This document shows positions 5,483-15,878 of a DNA stretch of 31,356 nt, piece after piece. The DNA lies in assembly GCA_045593105.1 (NCBI GenBank), contig JAZNVY010000112.1, positions 1-31,356 of the forward strand, given 5' to 3'. The translations under genes were made by a program, and so were the position numbers. Origin of the DNA: Eubacteriales bacterium. Its GTDB lineage: Bacteria > Bacillota > Clostridia > Oscillospirales > QAKW01. Numbering within the stretch: position 1 is the stretch's first letter; every line of letters starts with the position of its first letter. Below the pieces are notes generated by a model, which was not told the DNA's origin, ran no database searches, and was given only the letters and a program-made list of their open reading frames with translations.

Positions 5483-6160
5483 ATGCTGATACCACTACAA
5501 AGTTTTTTGGATCGTACGGTTTTTTTAATGCTTTATCTTTCCGGAGGTGCCACTTTTCCCAAGCCGCTTACACTTGCTGAAGAGCGGTTTTATCTCGAAA
5601 AATTCAAGGCCGGCGATCTGGATGCGAGAAACATTTTGATTGAAAGAAATTTGCGATTGGTTGCGCACATTATAAAAAAATACTATGCCACCAGCAAAGA
5701 TCAAGATGACTTGATTTCTATAGGAACGATTGGGTTGATTAAGGGTGTATCGACTTTTGACCATAAAAAAGGCGCCCGTCTCGCAACGTACGCCGCACGG
5801 TGTATTGAAAATGAAATTTTGATGTATTTCAGAAATCAAAAGAAGCGGCAAAATGACGTCAATATCAGTGATCCCATCGAAACGGACGGTGATGGAAACG
5901 CCTTGACCTTCATGGATATAATCTATGAAGAGGAGCATTTTGCGGAAGATCTGGATCTAAAGATTAATTGTAAAAAGCTATACCAATACATTGAAAAACT
6001 TCCGGAACGCGAAAAAAAGATTTTAATTATGCGTTACGGGCTTCATAATACAATTCCGCTAACCCAAAAACAAGTAGCAAAAAAACTGGGTATTTCGCGC
6101 AGTTATGTTTCAAGAATTGAAACAAAAGCGATCCATCATTTGCGAGATCTATATGAATAA
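5483..6160 (+). CDS. sigK: RNA polymerase sporulation sigma factor SigK (pro-sigmaK), uninterrupted
   Basis: Hydrophobic pro-sequence, FPKPL, LIERNLRLVAHIIKKY, DDLISIGTIGLIK, LATYAARCIENEILM and GISRSYVSRIE motifs. ATG 5483 follows RBS AAAGGAG. Confidence 0.93.
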   Translation: MLIPLQSFLDRTVFLMLYLSGGATFPKPLTLAEERFYLEKFKAGDLDARNILIERNLRLVAHIIKKYYATSKDQDDLISIGTIGLIKGVSTFDHKKGARLATYAARCIENEILMYFRNQKKRQNDVNISDPIETDGDGNALTFMDIIYEEEHFAEDLDLKINCKKLYQYIEKLPEREKKILIMRYGLHNTIPLTQKQVAKKLGISRSYVSRIETKAIHHLRDLYE

Positions 6161-6187
6161 AGGCGGTATGAAACCGCCTTTTTATTT
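6159..6187. terminator. Bidirectional terminator between sigK and the aspartate kinase gene
   Basis: AAAGGCGGT-ATGAA-ACCGCCTTT followed by a T-run, between convergent genes. Confidence 0.8.
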
Positions 6188-6913
6188 TCCGTCAATAACC
6201 GTTCCGCTCATCAGCTGAAAACTGGATAAAATTTGAAGTTCTATCTGATGCTCTTTAGCTAATTCTACGCTTTTTCTTTGCAGTACGCCGGAACCGGTGT
6301 CGCATAGCTTTAGCATATCATCGTAATGAATGTGATCTAATTTTTTAGCGGTTGGATCTTTACGTGGATCGGAGGTATAAATTCCGTCCACGTCCTTATA
6401 AATACGGCACGTGTCAGCATTCAGGGCGGCAGCTAAAGCAACGGCGGAGGTGTCGGAGCCTCCCCTGCCCAGCGTCGTAATGTTTCCTTCGCAGTCAGCG
6501 CCTTGAAAACCAGTGACCACAACTGTACATCCTTGATCTAAATACTTTTTGATTATTTTGGAATCAATGTTTATGATCTCTGCATCACCATATCGATCGT
6601 TTGTTAAAACACCGGCTTGTATTCCGTTTAATGAGACTGCCGGTACGCCGATTTCGCGAAGAGCAATAGCGAGTAAAGCGGCCGATGCTTGTTCCCCTGT
6701 TGCTAAAAGAGCATCCAGTTCTCGGCTTTTGGGTGTTTCGCTGATTTCTTGCGCTTTGGCCAATAAATGATCTGTCGTATCGCCTTGGGCAGAAACAACG
6801 GTAACAACCCTATTTCCCTCTGCAATTCGCCGGGCGATAATATTTGCCACATTGTATATGCAAGTTCGGTCGGCCACGGAGGTCCCGCCGAATTTTTGGA
6901 CAATCAGTCCCAT
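6182..6913 (-). CDS. Aspartate kinase, catalytic domain only (no ACT domains)
   Basis: VQKFGGTSV, VVSAQG.TTD, GFQG, TTLGRGGSDTSA and DVDGIYTSDPR motifs; ends at 243 aa right after the kinase domain. Confidence 0.9.
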   Translation of the reverse strand: MGLIVQKFGGTSVADRTCIYNVANIIARRIAEGNRVVTVVSAQGDTTDHLLAKAQEISETPKSRELDALLATGEQASAALLAIALREIGVPAVSLNGIQAGVLTNDRYGDAEIINIDSKIIKKYLDQGCTVVVTGFQGADCEGNITTLGRGGSDTSAVALAAALNADTCRIYKDVDGIYTSDPRKDPTAKKLDHIHYDDMLKLCDTGSGVLQRKSVELAKEHQIELQILSSFQLMSGTVIDGK

Positions 6914-6966
6914 GGTACCCTCCCATACAAAAACAATATATTTCTACGACCTAATGTATTTTATTA

Positions 6967-7410
6967 TTAACCACGCTCTTTTGCTACCGGTTTTACGCTT
7001 AAAACGCCGTTCAATTGCTCCATTTGCCGCAATAGTCGGTCTAATTCGATGTCCATGTTGAGCATATTAAATGAGATGGATACCGGCGCTATTCCATTCA
7101 TGGGGATGCTTTGATTGATGGTAAGAATGCTGGCGCCGACGTTTGAGAGTAATGATAATACTCTCGAAAGAACACCGATCTCATCGGAAAGATAAAAAAT
7201 GATCGTGATGATATTTTGCTTATCTTTTTCCACAAATACGTGGACGCTGTCCTTATATTTATAAAATACACTTCGAGAGATATTGACCATTTTGGTGGCG
7301 TCATTTATCGTTTTACATTTTCCGGTCTGTAAAAGTTTTTTTGCTTCTATGACTTTTGAAAAAACCTCCGGTAATACGGTTTTATCAATAAGATAATACT
7401 CTTGACTCAT
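6967..7410 (-). CDS. ACT-domain transcriptional regulator (UPF0735 / ThrR / PheB-like)
   Basis: YYLID..VLPEVF.KV..AK.LL, ISRSVFYKYKD HTH, and C-terminal ACT with ILTINQSIP. Start moved to ATG 7410 behind RBS GAAAGGA. Confidence 0.88.
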   Translation of the reverse strand: MSQEYYLIDKTVLPEVFSKVIEAKKLLQTGKCKTINDATKMVNISRSVFYKYKDSVHVFVEKDKQNIITIIFYLSDEIGVLSRVLSLLSNVGASILTINQSIPMNGIAPVSISFNMLNMDIELDRLLRQMEQLNGVLSVKPVAKERG

Positions 7411-7455
7411 TTTTGATATCCTTTCATGAAAATCATTTGTCTTTGATTCGAGTAC

Positions 7456-7484
7456 AATATACCATATATTAAGTACTAATTCAA
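7456..7484 (-). promoter_or_regulatory. sigmaA-type promoter for the ACT regulator-aspartate kinase operon
   Basis: Minus strand TTGAAT-17 bp-TATATT with an extended TG. Confidence 0.6.
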
Positions 7485-7579
7485 GAAGATTATTAAATTT
7501 AAAAATCATCTTTATTTTTCTGTTATATCTGTGTTATAATAATAATTACTATATTTTTACAGTGTGGAGAGTTTAAAAG

Positions 7580-8689
7580 ATGTTATCAAAGCGCGATTAT
7601 ATAAAATTGCATTTTTTGATCCAAGTGGCTTTTATTGCCGTTTTTGTATTTTTGGCATATTTGGCGTTTCGTTATGTCTTCGGAGCGATTGCGCCGTTTA
7701 TTATCGCCTTTATTGCCGCCTCTTTGGTAGAGCCTTTGGTGCGTCTGATGGTGCGTAAATTGAAGATTCCGAGGGGGATCGCCAGTTCTATCAGCATTGT
7801 CCTATTGCTCATCACCGTTATAGCGCTTGGCGGCTTTCTCTCCGGAACGATTTTATCCGAAGCAAAAGAGTTAATTTCCGGAATTCCCGGTCAAATTCGA
7901 TCCTTTGTCGGATATTTGAAAGGTACATTAAAGGATGGCACCGGTATTTTCTCCATGATCCCGGATGATGTCTTGGTTAAAACGTTGGATTATATTTCGA
8001 ATTACGACTATACTTCCCTTGTGACCGGCTCCTTGGGCAGTCTGGTTTTGGGCTATGCCGGCAATGTGGTGACATACATTCCGAATATTTTGGTTTTCTT
8101 TATTGTTACCGTGGTTTCCAGTGTGTTTATGTCTATTTCCTTCCCCACGGTCAAACGTTTTGTCCTGGCACAGTTCCGTTCGGAACAGCAGGAATTGTTG
8201 GTTGAGATTAAGCGCAGCTTGTTTACAACGGTTGGGAAATATCTTCGTTCCTATCTCCTTTTGATGCTGATTACTTTTGTTGAGCTTTTGATCTTCTTCT
8301 TAATTTTTGGTTTCAAGCCTGCTCTTCCCCTTGCTTTCCTCATTGCAATCGTTGATATTTTGCCGGTTTTGGGCGTTGGTACGGTCTTGATTCCGTGGGC
8401 TGCGTTCTGCTTGCTGAGCGGCGAACCTTGGACTGCGTTAATCTTGGCGTGTATGTATATCGTCATCACCATCGTCCGTCAGATCCTGGAACCGAAGGTA
8501 ATTGGCGACCACGTAGGTATGATGCCGATTTTGACCCTTTTCTGTATCTGGGTTGGCTTGAAACTGTTTGGCTTTGGCGGTATGTTCTTGATCCCCATCA
8601 CCGTTGTTATTTTAAAGAATCTGCATGAAAGCGGCAAGCTTCATTTGTGGAAGGATGCGCCGAAGGAGGATGAAAATGGAATTACATGA
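7580..8689 (+). CDS. ytvI: Sporulation integral membrane protein YtvI (AI-2E family)
   Basis: Multi-TM protein with PFIIAF..A..EP, DILPVLGVG.VLIPW and RQILEPKVIG..G motifs. Confidence 0.85.
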   Translation: MLSKRDYIKLHFLIQVAFIAVFVFLAYLAFRYVFGAIAPFIIAFIAASLVEPLVRLMVRKLKIPRGIASSISIVLLLITVIALGGFLSGTILSEAKELISGIPGQIRSFVGYLKGTLKDGTGIFSMIPDDVLVKTLDYISNYDYTSLVTGSLGSLVLGYAGNVVTYIPNILVFFIVTVVSSVFMSISFPTVKRFVLAQFRSEQQELLVEIKRSLFTTVGKYLRSYLLLMLITFVELLIFFLIFGFKPALPLAFLIAIVDILPVLGVGTVLIPWAAFCLLSGEPWTALILACMYIVITIVRQILEPKVIGDHVGMMPILTLFCIWVGLKLFGFGGMFLIPITVVILKNLHESGKLHLWKDAPKEDENGIT

Positions 8690-9269
8690 ACTGAAAGAAA
8701 AATTCTGTGACCTTTACCGCTCTTTGATTAAGAGAGAGGGCGCTGAAGAACTGCTGGAGTATCTATGCAGCAGCGGCTCTGATTTCTTTATTGCCCCTGC
8801 CAGCACACGTTTTCATGGCAATTATCCCGGCGGTTTGTGTGAGCATAGCTTGAATGTTTATCAATGCTTGAACGAGTATTTGAAGCGGCCCTATACCAAA
8901 ACGCTTTTTCAAAATGAATATAGCGAAGAAAGCGTTGCAATCGTATCGTTGCTTCATGATATATGCAAGGTGAACGTCTATAAAACCTCCATGCGGAACG
9001 TCAAAAATGATGCCGGTGTTTGGGAAAAGGTGCCGTATTATGAATTTGATGATAACCTCCCTTACGGCCATGGTGAGAAGAGCGTCTATATCATCGGCGG
9101 TTTTATGAGACTGACCCGCGAAGAGGCCTTTGCGATTCGTTATCATATGGGCTTTTCTGAAGAAAAGGATATTCGTAACTGCTCTAAAGCATTTGAAATG
9201 TATCCCCTCGCCTTCGCTTTAGCCACAGCCGATATGGAAGCCTCCCTTTATTTAGAAGAAAAAAGATAA
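8676..9269 (+). CDS. HD-domain phosphohydrolase
   Basis: APAS..FH, GGL.EHSLNV, LLHDICK, HGEKS and AIRYHMG motifs. Start moved to ATG 8676 behind GGAGG. Confidence 0.88.
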   Translation: MELHELKEKFCDLYRSLIKREGAEELLEYLCSSGSDFFIAPASTRFHGNYPGGLCEHSLNVYQCLNEYLKRPYTKTLFQNEYSEESVAIVSLLHDICKVNVYKTSMRNVKNDAGVWEKVPYYEFDDNLPYGHGEKSVYIIGGFMRLTREEAFAIRYHMGFSEEKDIRNCSKAFEMYPLAFALATADMEASLYLEEKR

Positions 9270-9299
9270 AAAAACACCCCCTGATGGGGGTGTTTTTTT
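9268..9299. terminator. Bidirectional terminator between the HD gene and radA
   Basis: AAAAAAACACCCCC-TGAT-GGGGGTGTTTTTTT. Confidence 0.85.
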
Positions 9300-10662
9300 A
9301 TTGCAATTCATTACGAATTTTGTAAATCGCTTGAGATACAGATGCTACTTTAATGATTTCAATTCCTTCAATAGGATGCGTAAGACGGTTACGGGACGGA
9401 ACCATGATTTTTGTAAAACCGAGTTTTTGCGCCTCTTTAATCCGCTTTTCTAAAAAGGAGACTGCTCTGATCTCGCCGGATAGACCGATCTCGCCGACAG
9501 CAATCAGATCGCCGGGCATCTCGAAGTCTGAAAAACCGGACGCAATGGCCAAAACGATCGCCAGGTCGGCAGCAGTTTCTAAAACGCGAAACCCACCCAC
9601 TACGTTTACATAGGCATCTTGATTATACAGCACAAAGTTGGCTCGCTTTTCTAAAACTGCAATTAACAACGCCATTCGATTAAAATCGATGCCGCTGGCC
9701 ATTCTTCTGGGGACCGGATAACCGGTTTTTGCTACTAAAGCCTGGATCTCAGCCAAAACCGGACGGGTGCCTTCCAAAATGCAGGTAACACAGGTGCCGG
9801 GAACATTTTCTGGCCGTCCCTCCAAAAACATTTTTGAGGGATTGTCCACTTCCACAAGTCCACCGTTTTGCATATCAAACACGCCGATTTCATTGGTGGA
9901 ACCGAAGCGGTTTTTGACGGTTCGGAGAATGCGGTGGTTCAGGTTTTTATCTCCTTCAAAGTATAAAACGGTATCCACCATATGTTCCAGGACTTTGGGA
10001 CCGGCTAATGCACCCTCTTTTGTAACGTGTCCGATTATAAAGACGGTAATTCCCTCTTCTTTGGCCAGGTGCATAAATGCGGCGGTTGCCTCTTTGATCT
10101 GGGATACACTACCGGGGGTACCGGAAACACGCTCGGTCATCATCGTCTGAACAGAATCGACGATCAAAATATCCGGTCGATTGGCTGTGCAGACGCTAAG
10201 GATGGATTCCACGTTGGTTTCGCAGGCAAGATATAAATGCTCAGTCGTCACTTGAAGCCGCTCGGCGCGGAGTTTGATCTGACTCATGGATTCTTCGCCC
10301 GAAACGTAAAGGATGGATTTATCCTTTCCCAAGTGCTGGCAGATCTGTAAAAGCAACGTAGATTTACCGATACCGGGATCACCGCCGACTAAGGTCAAAG
10401 AGCCGACGACCAAACCGCCGCCAAGGACGCGATCCAGTTCTTTCAAACCGGTTGAAAAACGCATCTCGCTACCGCCCTTGATTTCGCCGATTGGCTTGAT
10501 TTCAACTGCTTTAGAAACACTGCTCATGCCGCTCTTAGAGGTCTGCTGAACGATCTTCTCCTCCATGGTGCTCCATTCCTTGCATTGGGGACATTGACCG
10601 TTCCATTTGGGACTTTCATAGCCGCATTGCGTGCAGATATATACTTGCTTGATTTTGCCCAT
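9298..10662 (-). CDS. radA: DNA repair protein RadA/Sms
   Basis: N-terminal C4 zinc finger, GDPGIGKSTLL Walker A, KNRFG motif and Lon-like C-terminal domain. Confidence 0.97.
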   Translation of the reverse strand: MGKIKQVYICTQCGYESPKWNGQCPQCKEWSTMEEKIVQQTSKSGMSSVSKAVEIKPIGEIKGGSEMRFSTGLKELDRVLGGGLVVGSLTLVGGDPGIGKSTLLLQICQHLGKDKSILYVSGEESMSQIKLRAERLQVTTEHLYLACETNVESILSVCTANRPDILIVDSVQTMMTERVSGTPGSVSQIKEATAAFMHLAKEEGITVFIIGHVTKEGALAGPKVLEHMVDTVLYFEGDKNLNHRILRTVKNRFGSTNEIGVFDMQNGGLVEVDNPSKMFLEGRPENVPGTCVTCILEGTRPVLAEIQALVAKTGYPVPRRMASGIDFNRMALLIAVLEKRANFVLYNQDAYVNVVGGFRVLETAADLAIVLAIASGFSDFEMPGDLIAVGEIGLSGEIRAVSFLEKRIKEAQKLGFTKIMVPSRNRLTHPIEGIEIIKVASVSQAIYKIRNELQ

Positions 10663-10723
10663 TTGTTTTTCCGCCTTTAATTGCTTTATTCTCCTATTAG
10701 TTTACTTCATTTTTAGATTAAAG

Positions 10724-11410
10724 TCAACCAATAAGAACTCCTGTAATAATTGTGGCAAGTGTTTCTTGATAATCATTGCTTTTTAATTTTTGCAGTTCGT
10801 CCGGATTGGTGAGAAATCCGCATTCAATTAAAACGGATGGATTATTAATGTGGGAAAAAAGATAGATGTTTTTCGAAATAGTCTTGACTGTTTTGGTATT
10901 ATCCGGCTGGATTTGGGCGTTAAATGCGTTCTGAAGCGTTTCTGCGAGTTTTTTGGCCTCGGTATCGCCCTCGCTATAAAAAACCTGAATACCATGCACA
11001 GATTCGCTTGGATAGCTATTCATATGGATACTGATCAAAGGCGTGGCTGGTGTTTCATTGGCGATAGCAATACGGTTACGCACGTCAGATACTTTTTTTG
11101 CATGGATGGTCTCCCCTTCCGTGAAAATACTGTTTTCGTCGGAACGGGTCAAAATATGGTTCACCATGTGTTCTTCTAATTTCTTTGCGATCTTTCGTGC
11201 TATAGCAATGTTTAATTCCTGCTCAGTCGTGCCATCCTTGCCTACAGTTCCGCCGTCCGGAATTCCATGCCCAGCATCGATAATGTATTGAATACCCTTT
11301 GTGGATGTGTTTAACGCCAAAAAATCATGGGGCAACTGCGTTGCAACTAAAGCAAATAGAATACAAATTGCAAACACTGCGGCAATTCCTTTGATCTTTC
11401 TCAAAAGCAT
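10724..11410 (-). CDS. cwlD: N-acetylmuramoyl-L-alanine amidase, CwlD-like (Amidase_3)
   Basis: N-terminal TM, IDAGHG..DGG, E..LN, ISIHMNS and VLIECGFLTNP motifs. The cwlD symbol is inferred from the sporulation context and the KK..D...R motif. Confidence 0.75.
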   Translation of the reverse strand: MLLRKIKGIAAVFAICILFALVATQLPHDFLALNTSTKGIQYIIDAGHGIPDGGTVGKDGTTEQELNIAIARKIAKKLEEHMVNHILTRSDENSIFTEGETIHAKKVSDVRNRIAIANETPATPLISIHMNSYPSESVHGIQVFYSEGDTEAKKLAETLQNAFNAQIQPDNTKTVKTISKNIYLFSHINNPSVLIECGFLTNPDELQKLKSNDYQETLATIITGVLIG

Positions 11411-11450
11411 ACGACCTCACCTCTCCATAAATATATGATGAGATGAGAAT

Positions 11451-11479
11451 AAAAAATACCCTGCCGGTTAAGGCAGGGT
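11451..11479 (-). terminator. Terminator of the polysaccharide operon (after araD)
   Basis: ACCCTGCC-GGTTAA-GGCAGGGT, followed by ATTTTTT on the minus strand. Confidence 0.8.
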
Positions 11480-11486
11480 GTCAAAG

Positions 11487-12182
11487 TTATTTTTGACCAT
11501 AATAGGCGTTTTTTCCATGCTTACGGTCGTAATGTTTGTTCAAGACATATTGCGCCAGCGAACTATTGGGATTGAGTGCCAATGTACGAAGCGCCATATC
11601 GGCGACCTTTTCCATGACCACCGCGTTAAAGACCGAACCGGCAGCGTCCTTTCCCCATGCAAAGGGACCGTGATTTTTTACGTTGATACCGGGGATTGCC
11701 ATGGGGTCATATCCGCGTTTTTTAATCGTTTCAATAATAACCAGACCGGTATTGGCCTCATAAGCGCCTTTGACCTCTTTTTCGGTCAGCTCACGGGTGC
11801 AAGGGATATCGCCCCAGAAATAGTCTGCGTGTGTGGTGCCGAGCGCCGGAATATCCATGCCGGCTTGAGCAAAGGCTACTGCATTGATGGAGTGTGTATG
11901 TGTAATACCGCCAATATCCGGGAAAGAACGGTATAACTCTAAATGTGTTGGAGTATCGGAGGAAGGTCTCCACTTCCCCTCTACGGTTTCGCCGGTTTTC
12001 AGATCGACAACCACCATATCTTCAGGGTTCATATTTGCATAGTCTACACCGGAAGGCTTGATAACGACCAATCCTTTTTCGCGGTCAATTCCGCTTACGT
12101 TTCCCCAAGTATAGACAACTACACCTTTTTGCACTAAATCTAAATTGGCGGCACAAACAGCCTCTTTTAATTGATCAAGCAT
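11487..12182 (-). CDS. araD: L-ribulose-5-phosphate 4-epimerase
   Basis: [33 protein letters not shown] and HGPFAWG motifs. Start moved to ATG 12182 (231 aa) behind AAAGGAG. Confidence 0.93.
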   Translation of the reverse strand: MLDQLKEAVCAANLDLVQKGVVVYTWGNVSGIDREKGLVVIKPSGVDYANMNPEDMVVVDLKTGETVEGKWRPSSDTPTHLELYRSFPDIGGITHTHSINAVAFAQAGMDIPALGTTHADYFWGDIPCTRELTEKEVKGAYEANTGLVIIETIKKRGYDPMAIPGINVKNHGPFAWGKDAAGSVFNAVVMEKVADMALRTLALNPNSSLAQYVLNKHYDRKHGKNAYYGQK

Positions 12183-12196
12183 TGCAATATCTCCTT

Positions 12197-13216
12197 TTAG
12201 CGATTGCCATACATCTTTTCGTAGTAATTCTGGTATTCTCCGCTGATGATGGTTTCCCACCACTCCCGGTTGTCCAGATACCATTGGATGGTCTTTTTAA
12301 TTCCGTCGGCAAACTTGGTTTCCGGCAACCAACCTAATTCATTGTGAATTTTGGTGGGATCAATGGCGTAACGCATATCGTGACCTTTGCGATCCGCTAC
12401 GTAAGTGATCAAGCTCTCGGGTTTATTTAATTCCTTACAGATAATCTTGACAATGTCGATGTTCTTCATTTCATTATGACCGCCAATGTTATAAACCTCA
12501 CCGACACGGCCTTTATGGATGATCAGGTCAATGGCTTTGCAATGATCCTCCACGTAAAGCCAGTCTCTTACGTTCAAGCCTTCTCCATAGACCGGCAGGG
12601 GTTTATCGTTTAGCGCGTTGGCGATCATTAAAGGAATGAGTTTTTCCGGGAAATGATACGGCCCATAGTTATTGGAGCAGCGGCTGATGGTAACCGGTAA
12701 TTGGAAGGTGCGATGATAAGCCAAAACCAAAAGATCTGCCCCGGCTTTAGAACTGCTGTAGGGACTGCTGGTATGAATAGGGGTCTCTTCGGTAAAGAAA
12801 AGATCAGGACGATCCAAGGGAAGATCGCCATATACTTCGTCGGTAGAAACCTGATGGTATCGTCCAATGCCATATTTACGGCAAGCATCCATCAATACAG
12901 CGGTACCCATGATATTGGTCTGCAAAAAGATACCGGGATCTTCAATGGAGCGGTCCACGTGACTTTCAGCAGCAAAATTGACGACTATATCCGGGTGCTC
13001 CTCTTCAAAAAGCTGATAGATTCCCTCTCTGTCGCAGATATCAAGCTTTGCAAAGCGGAAATTAGGGTTATCCATTACCGGTTCAAGGGTGGAAAGATTG
13101 CCGGCATAGGTCAGCTTATCAATACAAACAATGCGGTAATCGGGATACTTTTTCAGCATATGAAAGACAAAATTGGATCCAATAAACCCGGCTCCGCCGG
13201 TCACAAAGATTGTCAT
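12197..13216 (-). CDS. rmlB: dTDP-glucose 4,6-dehydratase
   Basis: [33 protein letters not shown] and RDWLYVEDH motifs. Confidence 0.96.
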   Translation of the reverse strand: MTIFVTGGAGFIGSNFVFHMLKKYPDYRIVCIDKLTYAGNLSTLEPVMDNPNFRFAKLDICDREGIYQLFEEEHPDIVVNFAAESHVDRSIEDPGIFLQTNIMGTAVLMDACRKYGIGRYHQVSTDEVYGDLPLDRPDLFFTEETPIHTSSPYSSSKAGADLLVLAYHRTFQLPVTISRCSNNYGPYHFPEKLIPLMIANALNDKPLPVYGEGLNVRDWLYVEDHCKAIDLIIHKGRVGEVYNIGGHNEMKNIDIVKIICKELNKPESLITYVADRKGHDMRYAIDPTKIHNELGWLPETKFADGIKKTIQWYLDNREWWETIISGEYQNYYEKMYGNR

Positions 13217-13240
13217 AATCTGTACCTCACTTAATGTAGA

Positions 13241-14128
13241 TTAAAAACGACGTAATTTATCCATTGCTACGCGGCGTAAATGCTCGCCGTAGGGTGATTT
13301 TCCGTAAAGCTCTGCAGAATACAATAACTGCTCCTTATCGATCCATTTTAAATGATAAGCAATCTCTTCGGGAGCAGAAATGACAACGCCCTGGCGGTTT
13401 TGAACGGTTTGGACAAAGGTGGCAGCATCCATTAGGCTGTCACGCGTGCCGGTATCCATCCAGGCGAATCCGCGTCCTAAGATCTGTACCTTGAGGTGAT
13501 CATCTGCTAAATAAAGTTTATTAAGATCGGTGATCTCCAGTTCTCCCCTTGCGGAGGGCTTTACTTTCTTTGCCATCTCCACGACGCGTTTATCATAGAA
13601 ATAAAGGCCGGTTACGCAATAATTGGATTTCGGCTCCTGGGGTTTTTCTTCCAAGGAAAGTACCTTGAGATTATCGTCGAATTCAACAATGCCGAAGCGC
13701 TCGGGGTCGGTTACGTAGTACCCAAAGATAGTTGCATAGCCGTTTTGAGCATTCTGAACCGCTTCGTTCAAATGCTTGGTAAAGTAGCCGCCATAGAAAA
13801 TATTGTCACCCAACACCATGGCGCAGGGTTCATCGCCGATGAATTCCTCGCCGATCAGAAAAGCTTGTGCCAATCCGTCGGGACTTTCTTGGACGGCATA
13901 GGAAAGATTTACGCCAAAATGGTGACCGTCACCTAAAAGTGCTTCAAATCTCGGCGTATCTTCAGGGGTGGAGATAATCAGAATATCCCGGATCCCGGCC
14001 AGCATCAGCGTGGATAAAGGATAATAGATCATGGGTTTATCATAAATGGGCAGTAACTGCTTGGACGTTACGCGTGTTAAAGGATATAAACGCGTGCCGG
14101 ATCCACCGGCGAGAATAATACCTTTCAT
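13241..14128 (-). CDS. rmlA: Glucose-1-phosphate thymidylyltransferase
   Basis: [32 protein letters not shown] and [10 protein letters not shown] motifs; probable start at MKGII. Confidence 0.96.
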   Translation of the reverse strand: MKGIILAGGSGTRLYPLTRVTSKQLLPIYDKPMIYYPLSTLMLAGIRDILIISTPEDTPRFEALLGDGHHFGVNLSYAVQESPDGLAQAFLIGEEFIGDEPCAMVLGDNIFYGGYFTKHLNEAVQNAQNGYATIFGYYVTDPERFGIVEFDDNLKVLSLEEKPQEPKSNYCVTGLYFYDKRVVEMAKKVKPSARGELEITDLNKLYLADDHLKVQILGRGFAWMDTGTRDSLMDAATFVQTVQNRQGVVISAPEEIAYHLKWIDKEQLLYSAELYGKSPYGEHLRRVAMDKLRRF

Positions 14129-14133
14129 ACCAT

Positions 14134-15069
14134 TCACCTCATTATATTTTCTCTTTCTTCCAAAGACATATTTTCGACCATATCCATTAATCTTTGTAAT
14201 CTGGCAGTCTCGGTCTCCCCCGGCGGATTGGCTTTTGCTATCCGTTCCTTAACTCCCAGACGCCAAGCCTGGGCAAATAAAGCGGCATTTGCTTTGACCT
14301 CTTGTTCGCAGGTAGGGAGCCGTTTGTTTTCTTTTGGGGAAAAGATATACGCACTATATGCATTGCAGATTTCATAGGAAGAACCCATTGCGATTTGGTT
14401 GCCGTGATCTAACCACAAAGCTTTATTGCAAAGATCGCGCACCTGCTGAACAGAATGGGATACCAAAATGCCGGTCACACCGTTCGCAAGGATTTTTTTA
14501 ATACGATGTGCACTCTTATCCTTAAATCCCTCGTCGCCAACGCTGAGAACTTCATCTAAAATCAAAATATCCGGTTCCACCAAGCAAGCAATGGAAAAGG
14601 CCAAGCGGCTTTTCATACCGCTTGAGAGGTGCTTGAACATATGATCTTGAAAATCTTCAAGCTCTGCAAAGGCGATGATTTCATCGTATTTTTCGTGCAT
14701 AAAGCTCTTAGAGTAGCCAAGCAACGCACCGCGAAGAAACGTGTTTTCACGAACTGTTAAATCCGGATCAAAGCCGGATGCAAGCTCAAGCAGGGCGGCG
14801 ATATTTCCTTTAGTCGTTACTGTCCCTTTGGTAGGGATCATGATACCGGTCACGGCTTTGAGCAGAGTGGATTTTCCGGCGCCGTTGGTGCCTACGATAC
14901 CAAGCATGTCCCCCTTTTCCAAAGTGAATGAAATGTTTTTATTTGCCCAAAATTCATTTACTTTGAAATTGCCGGACAGCTTGCGCACGACATAGTCTTT
15001 CAGCCCAATTGCTTTGATGTCACCGGTTTTATAGCGGATTGATACATCTTTACATTCAATTACCGACAT
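14134..15069 (-). CDS. wzt: Polysaccharide/teichoic acid ABC exporter, ATP-binding subunit (Wzt/TagH-like)
   Basis: [18 protein letters not shown] and LDEVLSVGD motifs. Start moved to ATG 15069 behind GAGGTG. Confidence 0.9.
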   Translation of the reverse strand: MSVIECKDVSIRYKTGDIKAIGLKDYVVRKLSGNFKVNEFWANKNISFTLEKGDMLGIVGTNGAGKSTLLKAVTGIMIPTKGTVTTKGNIAALLELASGFDPDLTVRENTFLRGALLGYSKSFMHEKYDEIIAFAELEDFQDHMFKHLSSGMKSRLAFSIACLVEPDILILDEVLSVGDEGFKDKSAHRIKKILANGVTGILVSHSVQQVRDLCNKALWLDHGNQIAMGSSYEICNAYSAYIFSPKENKRLPTCEQEVKANAALFAQAWRLGVKERIAKANPPGETETARLQRLMDMVENMSLEERENIMR

Positions 15070-15080
15070 ATCACACCTCA

Positions 15081-15878
15081 TTAAACGTAATATAAGAATT
15101 CATGATTGCATTTTTTATAAATAATACCACCAATTAATAAGAATAACAGCGCATATCCGGCGCATAGCGCATGAACGCCCAGCGATGGAATGACGTTGTC
15201 GATGGTAACAGAGCGGAAATAATAAATAAAGACATAAACGGGGTTGCAGAAAAAGAGCTTTCGATATTCGGCCGGCAGAATGGTGACCGGATAGAAGATG
15301 GCGGATACATAGTTTAAAAGGGTTAAAAAGACGCCATAAAGATACTCTATATCTCTGAAAAACACGTACAATGCCGAAAGCACCATTCCAACGCCAAAGC
15401 AAAGTATCAGCAGCCAAAACATCGGATAGATCAGTGTTAAAGTATGCCAGCCGAACTGAATGCCGCTAAAAATACAAAATATGATAAATAGCACAAAGGT
15501 CAGCATAAAATTGATGAAGGCCTGAAATGCTTTGGATAAGAGAAACAGATATTTCGGTACGTTGATTTTGCTGAAAATAGACGCATTAGCGATCAATCCG
15601 CGCATACATCCTTGCGTACATTCCGTATAAAAAGACATAATTAAAGTGCCGCTGAAAATATAGATGATAAAATGCTCTTGCTCCCGACCGAAAAAGTTGG
15701 TAAATACAAGCATTAATACCAATACGTTCAATAGCGGCGCCAAAATACTCCAGACAACGCCAAGAAACGTTCCTTTATACTTCTTTTTAAAGTCTCGTTT
15801 GACAAGTTCTTCAAAAAGAAAACGATACTTTTTTGCTTTTTTCAGCAAAATAAAACCTTCTTTCTTATTGGCGCTCAT
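15081..15878 (-). CDS. wzm: Polysaccharide/teichoic acid ABC exporter permease (Wzm/TagG-like)
   Basis: RDFK.KY..T.LG..WS.L.P, FRDI and NP motifs; six TM segments. Confidence 0.9.
   Translation of the reverse strand: MSANKKEGFILLKKAKKYRFLFEELVKRDFKKKYKGTFLGVVWSILAPLLNVLVLMLVFTNFFGREQEHFIIYIFSGTLIMSFYTECTQGCMRGLIANASIFSKINVPKYLFLLSKAFQAFINFMLTFVLFIIFCIFSGIQFGWHTLTLIYPMFWLLILCFGVGMVLSALYVFFRDIEYLYGVFLTLLNYVSAIFYPVTILPAEYRKLFFCNPVYVFIYYFRSVTIDNVIPSLGVHALCAGYALLFLLIGGIIYKKCNHEFLYYV

Noticed and set aside
5483-6160. skin-like interruption of sigK
   Set aside because: The reading frame is continuous and full length.
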